The notes under the pieces: model-generated
What the model saw: the letters and a program-made list of their open reading frames with translations, nothing else
Databases searched by the model: none
What the model was told of the DNA's origin: nothing
Assembly (NCBI GenBank): GCA_030601305.1
Contig: JAUVTV010000001.1
Location: forward strand, 1-47,246
Direction of reading: 5' to 3'
Length of the DNA: 47,246 bases
From: Candidatus Eiseniibacteriota bacterium
GTDB lineage: Bacteria > Eisenbacteria > RBG-16-71-46 > CAIMUX01 > WJJG01
Translations under genes and position numbers: made by a program
Shown: positions 26,465 through 35,682 of the stretch, one piece after another
How the letters are laid out: each line of letters begins with the position of its first letter
Numbering within the stretch: the stretch's first letter is position 1

Positions 26465-27989
26465 CGCGGTGCTCCTTGAGAAACGGCACCATCTCCCCGA
26501 GCGTGTCCACCACGCGCGGGTCGAGCTGCGTGCCCCGGACCCGCTGGATCTCGGCGAAGGCCTCTTCCTCTTTCCGCGCCGTGCGGTACGGTCGCGTGGA
26601 GGTCAGCGCATCGAACGTGTCGGCGACCGCGATGATGCGCGCGATCGGCGGAATGGCGCTTCCTGAGATCCCCAGCGGGTAGCCGCCCCCGTCGATCCGC
26701 TCGTGATGGAAGAGCACGCCCTGACTCGCCGTCTTCAGCTGACCGATGTGGCTCACCACCGCGTAGCCCCGCCACGGGTGCTGTTTGACGACCTCGTACT
26801 CGGACGGCGCGAGACGTCCCGGCTTGTTGAGGATCGCCTCGGGCATCCCGATCTTGCCGACATCGTGAAGGATCGACGCCCAGTTGAGCGCCTCGAGCTC
26901 GCCCCGGCTCATGCCGAGCTGCTTCCCGAGGAGCATGGAGATCACGTTGACCCGCGAGGAGTGCCCTGACGTGTAGTGATCCTTGGCCTCGATGGTGCTC
27001 ACCAACGCCTTGACCGTGGACATCAGGAACTGACCGAGATCCTCGTAGAGGTCCGCGCTGCGCACGGCGAGACAGATCTGCGCGGCGAGCGAGTGGATCA
27101 GGCGCAACTCGTGGCGACTGAAGGGTGTCGTGCCGGGGCGCATGAAAGCCAGAAACCCGGCCTTGGGATTCTCCGGGTGGATGCGATGTGCCGCGACCTG
27201 CACAGGGCCGGCGGCGGCGGCCTTTCCGCCGAGGATTTCGTCGAGACATCCGTGAATGCTGGGACCCTCGCAGTGACGCACGCGCCACCATAGCTTGCCG
27301 GCCATGAGGCGCAGCGTGCGCTCGGGAACCTCGAGGCCCCGCGCGGCGCCCGAAAGGCTTGGGTAGACGATCGGCATCCGCGCCTCGGGCAGCTGCACCA
27401 TGCCCATCTCCGCCGCCGTGGCGGCGCACCCTTGATGCAGGATGAACTCCACCGTCTGCTGGGTGTTCTCAGGATGGGTGAGCAGCGCCGAGATGTGCCG
27501 GAGGAGTCCGAGCTCGTTGCGCAGGCTGGTCAGCTCGATCGTCTGCTCGGCCGCGATGCCGGCCAGCTCGAGGTGGCGGCCCAACGCCTGCGCCAATGCG
27601 TCGAGTTGCATCTCGAGTGCCGGACGGGAGCCGGGATTGAGAGGCCCCGGGCCAGACACCTCGTTCGAGATCTGTTCCGGATTGCGGGCAGCCTCGGCCG
27701 TGATGACGCCGACGATCCCTCCCATGCCCAGGATCGGCACGGCGAGCAGCTCGCCTTCGGGAGACGGCTCTTGAAGGGGGTGACCCTCGGCCATCGACCG
27801 GTGCGCCAGGGCCAGCGCTCGGCCGGCCAGATCCGGCGCGGGGGTTGGCGGCGAGGAGAAGATGAGGGCCGACTCGCGTGACCAGATCAGCAGTACGGTG
27901 CCCAGCTGTTGCGCATAGCTGTGCAGCAGACCGGCGAAGCCGGGGTCCAGCAGCTGCCGGGGGGGTGAGAACTGCTCCGCGGTGGTCAT
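26433..27989 (-). CDS. HD-GYP domain phosphodiesterase with N-terminal GAF-like sensory region, 518 aa.
   Basis: Contains HSSRV...HDVGKIGMPEAILNKPGRL...HHERIDGGGYPLG...VADTFDALTSTRPYR. I chose the ATG at 27989 (MTTAEQF), since the longer ORF N-terminus is Arg/Ser-rich. Confidence 0.85.
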   Translation of the reverse strand: MTTAEQFSPPRQLLDPGFAGLLHSYAQQLGTVLLIWSRESALIFSSPPTPAPDLAGRALALAHRSMAEGHPLQEPSPEGELLAVPILGMGGIVGVITAEAARNPEQISNEVSGPGPLNPGSRPALEMQLDALAQALGRHLELAGIAAEQTIELTSLRNELGLLRHISALLTHPENTQQTVEFILHQGCAATAAEMGMVQLPEARMPIVYPSLSGAARGLEVPERTLRLMAGKLWWRVRHCEGPSIHGCLDEILGGKAAAAGPVQVAAHRIHPENPKAGFLAFMRPGTTPFSRHELRLIHSLAAQICLAVRSADLYEDLGQFLMSTVKALVSTIEAKDHYTSGHSSRVNVISMLLGKQLGMSRGELEALNWASILHDVGKIGMPEAILNKPGRLAPSEYEVVKQHPWRGYAVVSHIGQLKTASQGVLFHHERIDGGGYPLGISGSAIPPIARIIAVADTFDALTSTRPYRTARKEEEAFAEIQRVRGTQLDPRVVDTLGEMVPFLKEHRVMLESAGQAA

Positions 27990-28219
27990 CGGTGTGTGCC
28001 TCTGGGTTGCCTGGGATCGCCTTCGGGGGACAGCCGTGGGACGGCTGCACCCACCTAGTTCAATCGGAGTCCGGGCGCGGTTTCTTCCCCGTGATTCGCT
28101 TCGGCGGTTACAGGAAGTGGTGCTCATAGGCCGTTTCCGGCTTTTGGGTTGGATGGATTCAACCAGTCCAGTATGCTGCGAGCGCCACGCAATCCGGCAC
28201 ACGCGAGTGGGGGTACTTC

Positions 28220-29545
28220 ATGGCGACAAAGCGAGGGCTCGGAACGGCCAGCGCCCTCCTGGGGCTCTTGGCGCTGGTGGCGGGAGGGGTCTGCCAAGGC
28301 CAGGAGCAACTGCTCGAGCGTGTGATTGCCGTGGTCGACGACGAGCCGATCCTGTTCAGCGAGGTGGAAGCGGGGCTGCTCATGACCGTTCAGAGCCTCG
28401 GCATCGATCCGGGTGACTCGGTCCGGGTGCAGGAGCTGCGTGAGCGGATCCTCGAACAACAGATCGAACAGAAAGTGGTCTACCTCGAAGCCGTGGAAGA
28501 GGGCGTCACCGTTCGCAGCGAGGAGATCGCCACCGCGGTCGAGGATGCCCTCGCCCGCAACCGCGAGCAAATCGGCTCCGAGGAGATGTTCCAGATCCAG
28601 CTCCAGCTGGAGGGAATCACCGAGGAGGAGCTGCGCGAGCGCTACACCGAACAGGCGCGAGTCGAGATCACCGTGGCGCGCTTCGCGCAGGCGATGTTGG
28701 GGCCCGAGGAGAGCGTCACCCCGGAGGAGGTGCGCGACTACTACGAAGAGAATCGCGGGGAGCTCCCGCAGCGCGAGGCGGCCGTCAACCTGCAGCACAT
28801 CCTGATCGCGGTGCGTGCCGACTCCCAAATGGTCCGGAACGCTCTCGATCTGGCGAACGATGTGGCCGCCCAGATTCGATCGGGCGAGATCTCCTTCGCC
28901 GACGCCGCGCGGGCGTACTCCGACGACCCCAACGGCCGCGAGGGGGGCGACCTTCACCGCATCCGGCGCGGGGACGTCATGGGCAAGCTCGGCCTGGAGT
29001 TCGAGGAGGCGCTCTTCTCTCTCGAGCCGAACGTCGTCGGCGCTCCGGTGGTCAGCCCGTTGGGTTGCCATCTCCTGTTGGTCCACGAGAAGGACCCGGC
29101 CGGCGCATGGGTCCACGCCAGCCACGTGCTCTTCGCGGCGCCCATCCTTCGCGCGGACAGGGCGCGTGCCGACCGCCGTGCGGACGAGGTCTATCAGCGA
29201 GCCATGGCCGGAGAGTCCTTCGAAGTCTTGGCGCAGCGCTACTCGGAGAACCCGGAGACGGCGGCCGCGGGAGGCAACCTCAGTTGGGTGCCGCTGGCCG
29301 CCTTGGGTCCGGAGGTCGGGGCGGTCATCGAGGCACTGTCGGTGGGCGAGATCGGCGAGCCGATCGCGGTCGAAGGCGAGGTGCACATCTTCCGGCTGTT
29401 GGGTCGTGAATCAGAACGCAATTTCGCGTTTGAGGAAGTCGAGGCGGAGCTCGTCCAGTGGGTTCAGGCGCGCAAGGCGGAGGAGCGCTATCGCAAGTGG
29501 GTCGAGGAGCTGAAGAAGAAGCACTACATCGAACGCCGGTTGTAG
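28220..29545 (+). CDS. SurA/PrsA-like periplasmic chaperone with two parvulin-type PPIase domains, 441 aa.
   Basis: Has a signal peptide (LLGLLALVAGGVCQG) and a SurA N-domain (VIAVVDDEPILFSEVE). The two PpiC-like modules contain GGDLHRIRRGDVMG...LGCHLLLV and GGNLSWVP...HIFRLL. Confidence 0.85.
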   Translation: MATKRGLGTASALLGLLALVAGGVCQGQEQLLERVIAVVDDEPILFSEVEAGLLMTVQSLGIDPGDSVRVQELRERILEQQIEQKVVYLEAVEEGVTVRSEEIATAVEDALARNREQIGSEEMFQIQLQLEGITEEELRERYTEQARVEITVARFAQAMLGPEESVTPEEVRDYYEENRGELPQREAAVNLQHILIAVRADSQMVRNALDLANDVAAQIRSGEISFADAARAYSDDPNGREGGDLHRIRRGDVMGKLGLEFEEALFSLEPNVVGAPVVSPLGCHLLLVHEKDPAGAWVHASHVLFAAPILRADRARADRRADEVYQRAMAGESFEVLAQRYSENPETAAAGGNLSWVPLAALGPEVGAVIEALSVGEIGEPIAVEGEVHIFRLLGRESERNFAFEEVEAELVQWVQARKAEERYRKWVEELKKKHYIERRL

Positions 29546-29592
29546 GCGCGCGCCGGACGCCACCGTATTCATGGATCGGGGTACTTAAGGAC

Positions 29593-29904
29593 ATGGGCGT
29601 GAGGATCGATCAGCTTCTGCACTGGCTCTGTCTCGCGAAGAGCCGCTCGCTGGCTGCGCGCGGCTGCCGTCAGCAGCGCGTCCTCGTGAACGGAGAGCCG
29701 GCCCGTCCCGCGCGGGCGGTGCGCGCCGGCGACGAACTCACCCTGGTCAGCACATCTGGACGTCAGCGTCGCCGGCTGCGCATTCGCGACCTGCCGGCGT
29801 GCGCGATCAGTCGCAAGCAAGCCCGCGAACACTACGAGGTGCTCGAGGAGTCTGCGCAACCGATCGATCTCGACCGCGAAGGGGAGATCGAGGCTGGCGG
29901 GTGA
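29593..29904 (+). CDS. S4-domain RNA-binding protein (Hsp15/HslR-like), 103 aa.
   Basis: Contains RIDQLLHWLCLAKSRSLAARGCRQQRVLVNGEPARPARAVRAGDELTL. I chose the ATG at 29593 within the 148-aa track ORF. Confidence 0.7.
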   Translation: MGVRIDQLLHWLCLAKSRSLAARGCRQQRVLVNGEPARPARAVRAGDELTLVSTSGRQRRRLRIRDLPACAISRKQAREHYEVLEESAQPIDLDREGEIEAGG

Positions 29905-29907
29905 GAC

Positions 29908-30606
29908 ATGGTCACCTTCGATCACGTCTACATGGCCTATCCGACACACGCCGAGGGGTGGGCGCTCGAAGACCTGAGCTTCAGCATCCAACCCGGCGAG
30001 ATGATCTTCCTGCTGGGCGAGAGCGGGGCCGGCAAGACCACGGTGCTCAAGCTGATCACCCTTGAAGAACGTCCCAGCCACGGCGAGGTGCACGCCGCCG
30101 GCTTCTGCAGCGAAACGATCTCACGCGGTGAGATCCCTCACCTGCGGCGCCGCTGCGGGATGGTCTTTCAGGATTTTCGTCTCATCAAGGACAAGACGAT
30201 CTTCGAGAACGTGGCCTACTGCCTGCGCATGACCGGCACACTGGAGCGGTCGGTGATCACGCGCGCCGTGGCGCGCGTCCTGCAAGGCGTGGGCATCTAC
30301 GGCAAGCGCAACCGGTTTCCCCACGAGCTGAGCGGCGGCGAGAAACAGCGCGCCGCCATCGGACGCGCGCTGATCCACGAGCCTCCGCTGCTTCTCACCG
30401 ATGAGCCCACCGGGAATCTGGACAAAGCAACCGGCCTCGAGATCATGTCGTTGCTGGCGCGATTCCACCTGGCGGGAACCACCCTCCTCGTCGCCTCGCA
30501 CAATGTGGAGTTCGCGCAGCGCTTCGCGACGCGGATGCTCACCCTGCGGGCAGGGAAGCTCGTTGAGGACCTCTTCCTGCGCCCTCACGGGACGGAGGTC
30601 TATTGA
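29908..30606 (+). CDS. ftsE: Cell-division ABC ATPase FtsE, 232 aa.
   Basis: Walker A GESGAGKTT, signature LSGGEKQR and Walker B LLLTDEPT. It is followed by ftsX. Confidence 0.92.
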   Translation: MVTFDHVYMAYPTHAEGWALEDLSFSIQPGEMIFLLGESGAGKTTVLKLITLEERPSHGEVHAAGFCSETISRGEIPHLRRRCGMVFQDFRLIKDKTIFENVAYCLRMTGTLERSVITRAVARVLQGVGIYGKRNRFPHELSGGEKQRAAIGRALIHEPPLLLTDEPTGNLDKATGLEIMSLLARFHLAGTTLLVASHNVEFAQRFATRMLTLRAGKLVEDLFLRPHGTEVY

Positions 30607-31493
30607 AGCCTTACGTCTTCTTCGGACAGGAGGCCTGGCTGTCCCTGAGGCGCAACCCGGCTGCGAGTCTCGCGGCCGTGACCGCGATCGCTTCCGTTCT
30701 CTTCCTGCTCTTGCTGTTCATGTTGCTGAGCCACAACATCCTCGTCCTCGCCGAGAGTCTCCGGCAGCGCAAGGGGCTGTCGGTGTTCCTCGAGGCGAAC
30801 GTGCCGGCGGGTCGCGTGGAGGAGCTGCACGATCACTTCTCGAGCTTCCCCGAGGTCGCCGCATGCCGTCTCGTCAATCGCGCCGATGCCCTGCGGGACA
30901 TCGAGGCCGAGCTGGGGATCGAGGAGGTGGTCGAGACGCTGGGGGAGAACCCGTTGCCCGACGTGTTCCTGATCACGCCTGCGGCCGCGGCCAGCGCTGC
31001 CCAGGACCTGGCGCGGCTGGCCGAGGAGATCGAGGCGTACGAGGGTATCGACGAGGTGCTCTACGGCGAACGCTGGGTTGAAGCGCTCGACCGCGGCCTG
31101 CGCCTCGTCCACCGGGCCAACGCGCTGACCGGCGTGCTCGCGGTCCTCGCCATCGTGCTTGTGCTCGGCAACACGCTGAGACTCATCGTGCTGATGCGCC
31201 AGGAACCGCTCAGCATCCTGAAGATGATTGGAGCCACCGACGCGTTCATCCGGACCCCCTTCGTCATCGCCGGTGTAACCCTCTGCCTCATCGGGGCACT
31301 GGCCGCACTGCTGCTGCTCTACGCCGGGTACGTGGCCGGGGGGCCCCTTCTTCCGGGGCTGCGCTTCTTGCCCCGCGCGTCCATAGTGCTGTTCGCGATG
31401 GGCGTCGCTCTCGTCGGTGTCGCCGGGAGCCTCTTGACGGTGGAGGTGTCGCTGCGGCAGTTGGAGCGCCGCCGCGGCAGGCCGGTGATGTAG
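30603..31493 (+). CDS. ftsX: Cell-division permease-like protein FtsX, 296 aa.
   Basis: TTG start overlaps the ftsE stop. The topology is TM1, a periplasmic domain, then 3 TM, and the gene sits in the expected position after ftsE. Confidence 0.88.
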   Translation: MKPYVFFGQEAWLSLRRNPAASLAAVTAIASVLFLLLLFMLLSHNILVLAESLRQRKGLSVFLEANVPAGRVEELHDHFSSFPEVAACRLVNRADALRDIEAELGIEEVVETLGENPLPDVFLITPAAAASAAQDLARLAEEIEAYEGIDEVLYGERWVEALDRGLRLVHRANALTGVLAVLAIVLVLGNTLRLIVLMRQEPLSILKMIGATDAFIRTPFVIAGVTLCLIGALAALLLLYAGYVAGGPLLPGLRFLPRASIVLFAMGVALVGVAGSLLTVEVSLRQLERRRGRPVM

Positions 31494-31511
31494 GCTTGGG
31501 AGGGACGGACG

Positions 31512-32732
31512 ATGGCATACCGCACGCGCAGTTCGCATCCGTCGCCGCCCGCGCGGCTGCGGGTGCGCGTGCTGGCAGTCGCCGGCGTGCTGGTGCTGCT
31601 GGGGGGCGGAGCCCACCTCCTCGCTCGGCGTGCTCTCGGCAGTGAAACCGGCGATACCCTCATCCGGCAGCGGGAGGCGGAGCTGCGCGATCTCAGGGGA
31701 AAACGCGCCGCCACGCAGAAGCGCATCGCGGAGCTGCGTAAGGAAGACCGGGCGCTTGAGGAGATCCTGTCGGAACTCGAGCGCGAGCGCGTCGTCTCGC
31801 GTCAGTATGTCCTGACCCTGGAGCAACAGGTCACCGCGTTGGAGCGGGATCTGGCCGCCCGGCAGGTCCGTTTGGACGAGAGCGAATCCGAGCTGCACGC
31901 CATGCAAGCCGACCTCGGTACCCTCCTCCGGCACTATGACCGCCGCGGCCGGGTCCACGCCGCGGAGCTCCTGGTCTCGTCGGCGACCACCGGGGAGATC
32001 TTCACCCGCGCGCACTATTGGATCCGCCTGATCCGCAACCTGCGCGACGAGGTCATCGGGGTGCGCGAGCAACGGGAGCAGGTGCGCACCGAGGTTCAGG
32101 GGATCGAGCAGCGTCGCGGCGAGGTGCTCGCCCTGCGCCGTGAACGCAGCGCCGAACTCCAGGCGATCGAAAAGCACAAACGGACGGTGGAACGCGACCG
32201 CGCGAAGCTCGAGCAGTCCGTTGCACAGTACGTGGCGCAGGCCGCGAAGCTGCTCGCCTCGCAGAAGAAGATCGAGGAGATGCTCGAGGCGGCTCGGCGC
32301 GCGGCCGTGAGCGCGGGCGGCGCCGGGCTCAACGCGCTGCGCGGGAGCCTACCGTGGCCGGTTCGCGGCCGCGTGGTCTCGCGCTTCGGTACGATCATCA
32401 ACCCGCGCTACGGAACCCGCATCCCGCACAAGGGAATCGGGATCGCGGCCGCCGAGGGTACCGAGATCAAGGCGGTCGCCGCGGGCAAGGTGATCTACGC
32501 CGGGTGGCTCGAAGGATACGGCAACACGGTCATCCTCGACCACGGCAAGGGGTTCTTCACCCTCTATGCGCACGCCTCGCGCATCCAGGTCGCCGGGGAG
32601 CAGCGCGTGGGGGCCGGCGCGGTGATCGCGCGTGTCGGGAGCACCGACTCGCTGACCGGCCCCGGCCTTCATTTCGAGATCCGCCTCCGAGCCGAGGCGC
32701 TCGATCCCGAGCGCTGGCTCCGCGGGCGCTGA
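31512..32732 (+). CDS. EnvC-like murein hydrolase activator (coiled coil plus M23/LytM peptidase domain), 406 aa.
   Basis: Has a long coiled coil followed by LPWPVRGRVVSRFG...KGIGIAAAEGTEIKAVAAGKVIYAGWLEGYGNTVILDHG...YAH...GPGLHFEIR. Confidence 0.88.
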   Translation: MAYRTRSSHPSPPARLRVRVLAVAGVLVLLGGGAHLLARRALGSETGDTLIRQREAELRDLRGKRAATQKRIAELRKEDRALEEILSELERERVVSRQYVLTLEQQVTALERDLAARQVRLDESESELHAMQADLGTLLRHYDRRGRVHAAELLVSSATTGEIFTRAHYWIRLIRNLRDEVIGVREQREQVRTEVQGIEQRRGEVLALRRERSAELQAIEKHKRTVERDRAKLEQSVAQYVAQAAKLLASQKKIEEMLEAARRAAVSAGGAGLNALRGSLPWPVRGRVVSRFGTIINPRYGTRIPHKGIGIAAAEGTEIKAVAAGKVIYAGWLEGYGNTVILDHGKGFFTLYAHASRIQVAGEQRVGAGAVIARVGSTDSLTGPGLHFEIRLRAEALDPERWLRGR

Positions 32733-32755
32733 GACGCGGGGAGGGATGGGCGGCG

Positions 32756-33823
32756 ATGCTTCTGCTCGACAGGATCCAGCACCAAGCCCACGCCGTGGAC
32801 TCCCTGCGGGCGGCGTGGGAGCGCGGACGCCTGGCGCACGCCTACCTTTTCTGGGGTCCGGAGGGCGTGGGCAAGATGCGCACGGCCCAAGCCGTCTCGC
32901 AGATGGTTCTGTGCACGGCATCTGCCCCTCCGTGCGGCGAATGTCGGGCCTGCGGGAAAGCGGTCCGCTTCACCCATCCCGACCAGATCCTGGTCGCCCC
33001 GCCTCCGCGGGAGGGCGCCGACGCGTGGCACAAGGCACTTGAAGCCTACGGGCAGGACTCCTACCATTGCTGGCAGGCGCCGCCCAATGCCTCGATCGGC
33101 ATCGAGAGGATCCGGGGACTGAAAACTGAGTCCTCGATGGCGCGGGTGGAGAAGGGCAACCGGATGGTGATCATCCGGGAAGCCGAGCGGATGACTCCCG
33201 AAGCGGCCCAGGCCGCTTTGAAGCTCATAGAAGAGCCCGGAGACGGCACCTATCTGGTGCTCACCAGTCGAGATCCCGAGCGGCTCCTCCCGACGATCCT
33301 CTCCCGCTGTCAACGTCTGCGCTTTCGGCCGCTGCCCCGTGCGTTCCTCGAGGAGCGCCTTGCGGAGCACGACGTACCGGCGCGCATGCTGGCCGCCCTG
33401 GCCCAGGGCAGCCTGAGCCGCGCGCTGGCGATGCTCGAGGAGGATGTGGTCGCGCTGCGTGACCAGACGATCGCGCTCTTCGCGCCCGGCCTGCGCAGCC
33501 CGGCCGAGGTGCGGGCGCATCTGCCGCGCGGGCGTGCGTGGGACGCCGCGCGGGCACAGATCTCGGTGGATCTGCTCATGATGTGGTACGAGGATCTCCT
33601 GCTGTTGCGCCATGGGCTCCCCGAGGATCTCGTCACCCATGCGGATCGGTTGAACGACCTGCGCCTCCGGGCCCAGGACATCTCGTTGCCCGAGATCCGG
33701 CGCCGCTGCGACATCGTTGAGGAGCTGCTGCAGGCGATCCGGCAGAATGTCGGCCCGCTCTTGGCCTTGGAGACGGCGCTCTTGAGACTGAACCGCTTGG
33801 CGGGGGAAGAGGATCTGTTCTGA
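32756..33823 (+). CDS. holB: DNA polymerase III delta' subunit, 355 aa.
   Basis: Contains RLAHAYLFWGPEGVGK...PCGECRACGK...NRMVIIREAERMTPEAAQAALKLIEEP...ILSRCQRLRF. I chose the ATG at 32756, since the upstream part of the track ORF overlaps the envC-like gene. Confidence 0.88.
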   Translation: MLLLDRIQHQAHAVDSLRAAWERGRLAHAYLFWGPEGVGKMRTAQAVSQMVLCTASAPPCGECRACGKAVRFTHPDQILVAPPPREGADAWHKALEAYGQDSYHCWQAPPNASIGIERIRGLKTESSMARVEKGNRMVIIREAERMTPEAAQAALKLIEEPGDGTYLVLTSRDPERLLPTILSRCQRLRFRPLPRAFLEERLAEHDVPARMLAALAQGSLSRALAMLEEDVVALRDQTIALFAPGLRSPAEVRAHLPRGRAWDAARAQISVDLLMMWYEDLLLLRHGLPEDLVTHADRLNDLRLRAQDISLPEIRRRCDIVEELLQAIRQNVGPLLALETALLRLNRLAGEEDLF

Positions 33824-34884
33824 TGCCGGCTGGAGATAGAGATAACCGAGAGGGAGAGGCGGCCCCGCAACGCAGGGCGAGTCGGGGGCGTCGCGGCACG
33901 GGACCGGGGCGCGGGGGCCGCCGGGGAGGTCGCGGTGACCCAGGTGCGCGACGTCAGGAGCGCACCGGCCGCCCCTCCGGCGAGAACGAATCGGCCGCGG
34001 TCGACGCCTCGGAGCCGCTCGTGCTCGTGGCCTTCCGCGGGGGCCGCGTCGAAGGCTTCGTCAATCCGAAGGCGCTCGTCATCCGGCAGGGCGACTTCGT
34101 CCTCGTGGAAGCCGAGCGCGGGATGGACCTCGGGTTCGTCATCATCTGCGGCGGCCCGGCGCCGAGACGCAAGCGCAACCAGCCTCCGCGCGCGCTCCTC
34201 CGCCACGCGACCACCGATGAGATCGCGAGACTCGAGGTGCTCGCGCGCGAAGACCGAGAAGCGCTCGATATTTGCCGCGGACGCGTGGAGAGCTTCAGTC
34301 TCGAAATGAAGGTGATCGATGCCGAGACGCAATTCGACAGCAATCGCGTCACCTTCTACTTCACCGCCGAGCGACGCGTCGACTTCCGCGAACTGGTGCG
34401 CGACCTCGCCAGCATCTTCCGCACGCGTATCGAGCTGCGCCAGGTGGGCGCGCGCGACGCCGCTCGGCGTTGCGATGGGATGGGCCCCTGCGCCCGCCAG
34501 CTCTGCTGCACCACCTTCATTCGCGAGTTCGAGCCGGTCACGCTCAAGATGGCCAAGGAGCAGCGCCTCTCGCTCAACCCGTCGAAGATCTCCGGCTCCT
34601 GTGGGCGTCTGATGTGTTGCCTCAACTACGAGTGCGCGGCCTACCGGGCCGCCGCGCGCGTCGCCCCGCCCGTGGGCAGTCGCTGGCAGTACGAGAACCA
34701 GATCTGCCAGGTCAGCGGGCTGGATCTGGGCAATCACCAGCTCTTCGTGAGCGATGCAGGCGGCGACCGGCGAGCCGTTGATCTCGACGACTTCCTGGCC
34801 GGCGCAACCTCTGCGGAGGAGGAGTCCCGCGACCCGTCGCTCGAGGCTCCCGACACGGCGGCGGAGCGCTCCAAGCACACATGA
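33823..34884 (+). CDS. PSP1-domain protein (YaaT/RicT-like) with an Arg/Gly-rich N-terminal extension, 353 aa.
   Basis: Contains FYFTAERRVDFRELVRDLASIFRTRIELRQVGARD...CGRLMCCLNYE. The ATG overlaps the holB stop (TGATG). Confidence 0.88.
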   Translation: MPAGDRDNREGEAAPQRRASRGRRGTGPGRGGRRGGRGDPGARRQERTGRPSGENESAAVDASEPLVLVAFRGGRVEGFVNPKALVIRQGDFVLVEAERGMDLGFVIICGGPAPRRKRNQPPRALLRHATTDEIARLEVLAREDREALDICRGRVESFSLEMKVIDAETQFDSNRVTFYFTAERRVDFRELVRDLASIFRTRIELRQVGARDAARRCDGMGPCARQLCCTTFIREFEPVTLKMAKEQRLSLNPSKISGSCGRLMCCLNYECAAYRAAARVAPPVGSRWQYENQICQVSGLDLGNHQLFVSDAGGDRRAVDLDDFLAGATSAEEESRDPSLEAPDTAAERSKHT

Positions 34885-35681
34885 TCGACACGCACGCCCA
34901 CCTGCACCTCCCCGAGTACGACGGTGACCGGGAACGCGTGGTGACGCGCAACTTCGCAATGGGGATTACCGGCATTGTCGAGGTGTGCATCTCGCATGAC
35001 CGCTGGCCTCTGGTCGACAGGCTGGTCAAGGCCGACAGGCGCATCCACGCGACCGTGGGCATCCATCCGCACGAGGCCTCACCGTCCGCGCTGGCCGAGC
35101 TGCGCCGGATGGAGGTGCACTGCGGGCGGGACGAAGTCGTCGCGGTGGGTGAGACGGGACTCGACACGTATCGTGACTACGCCCCCCTCGAAGATCAGCG
35201 GGCGCTCTTCGCCGCGCAGGTCGGACTGGCCCGTGAGACGGGCCTGCCGCTCGTCATCCACTGTCGCGAAGCCTTCGCGGAGGTCTTCGCGATCCTCGAC
35301 CGCGAGGGCCGCGGTCGCGTGCGCGGCGTTTTCCACTGCTTCTCCGGCGGCCTCGAGGAGGCCCGCGAGACTCATGCGCGCAACTTCTCGATCGGCCTCG
35401 CGGGCGGGGTGACCTACGCGCCGGATCGCTGGAGGCCGATCCTGCGCTATCTGCCGCGCGAGGCACTGCTGCTCGAGACGGACTGCCCCTATCTCAGACC
35501 GGCCCCCGATCGCCGGGGGCGCAACGAGCCGGCCTGGGTTTTTCGCACCGCCGAGGTCGTCGCGGAGCTGCTGGAACTGGAGACCGACCAGCTCGTCGAG
35601 GAGGCCGATCGCAATGCCGCGCGTCTCTTCGGGCCCCGTCTGCGTTCACCGCATCTAGCTTCTTCGGGCGAGGAGGGATAG
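34881..35681 (+). CDS. tatD: TatD-family metal-dependent hydrolase, 266 aa.
   Basis: Contains MIDTHAHLH...GETGLD...HCR...GVFHCFSG...ETDCPYL. ATGA overlap with the upstream gene. Confidence 0.9.
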   Translation: MIDTHAHLHLPEYDGDRERVVTRNFAMGITGIVEVCISHDRWPLVDRLVKADRRIHATVGIHPHEASPSALAELRRMEVHCGRDEVVAVGETGLDTYRDYAPLEDQRALFAAQVGLARETGLPLVIHCREAFAEVFAILDREGRGRVRGVFHCFSGGLEEARETHARNFSIGLAGGVTYAPDRWRPILRYLPREALLLETDCPYLRPAPDRRGRNEPAWVFRTAEVVAELLELETDQLVEEADRNAARLFGPRLRSPHLASSGEEG

Positions 35682-35682
35682 G

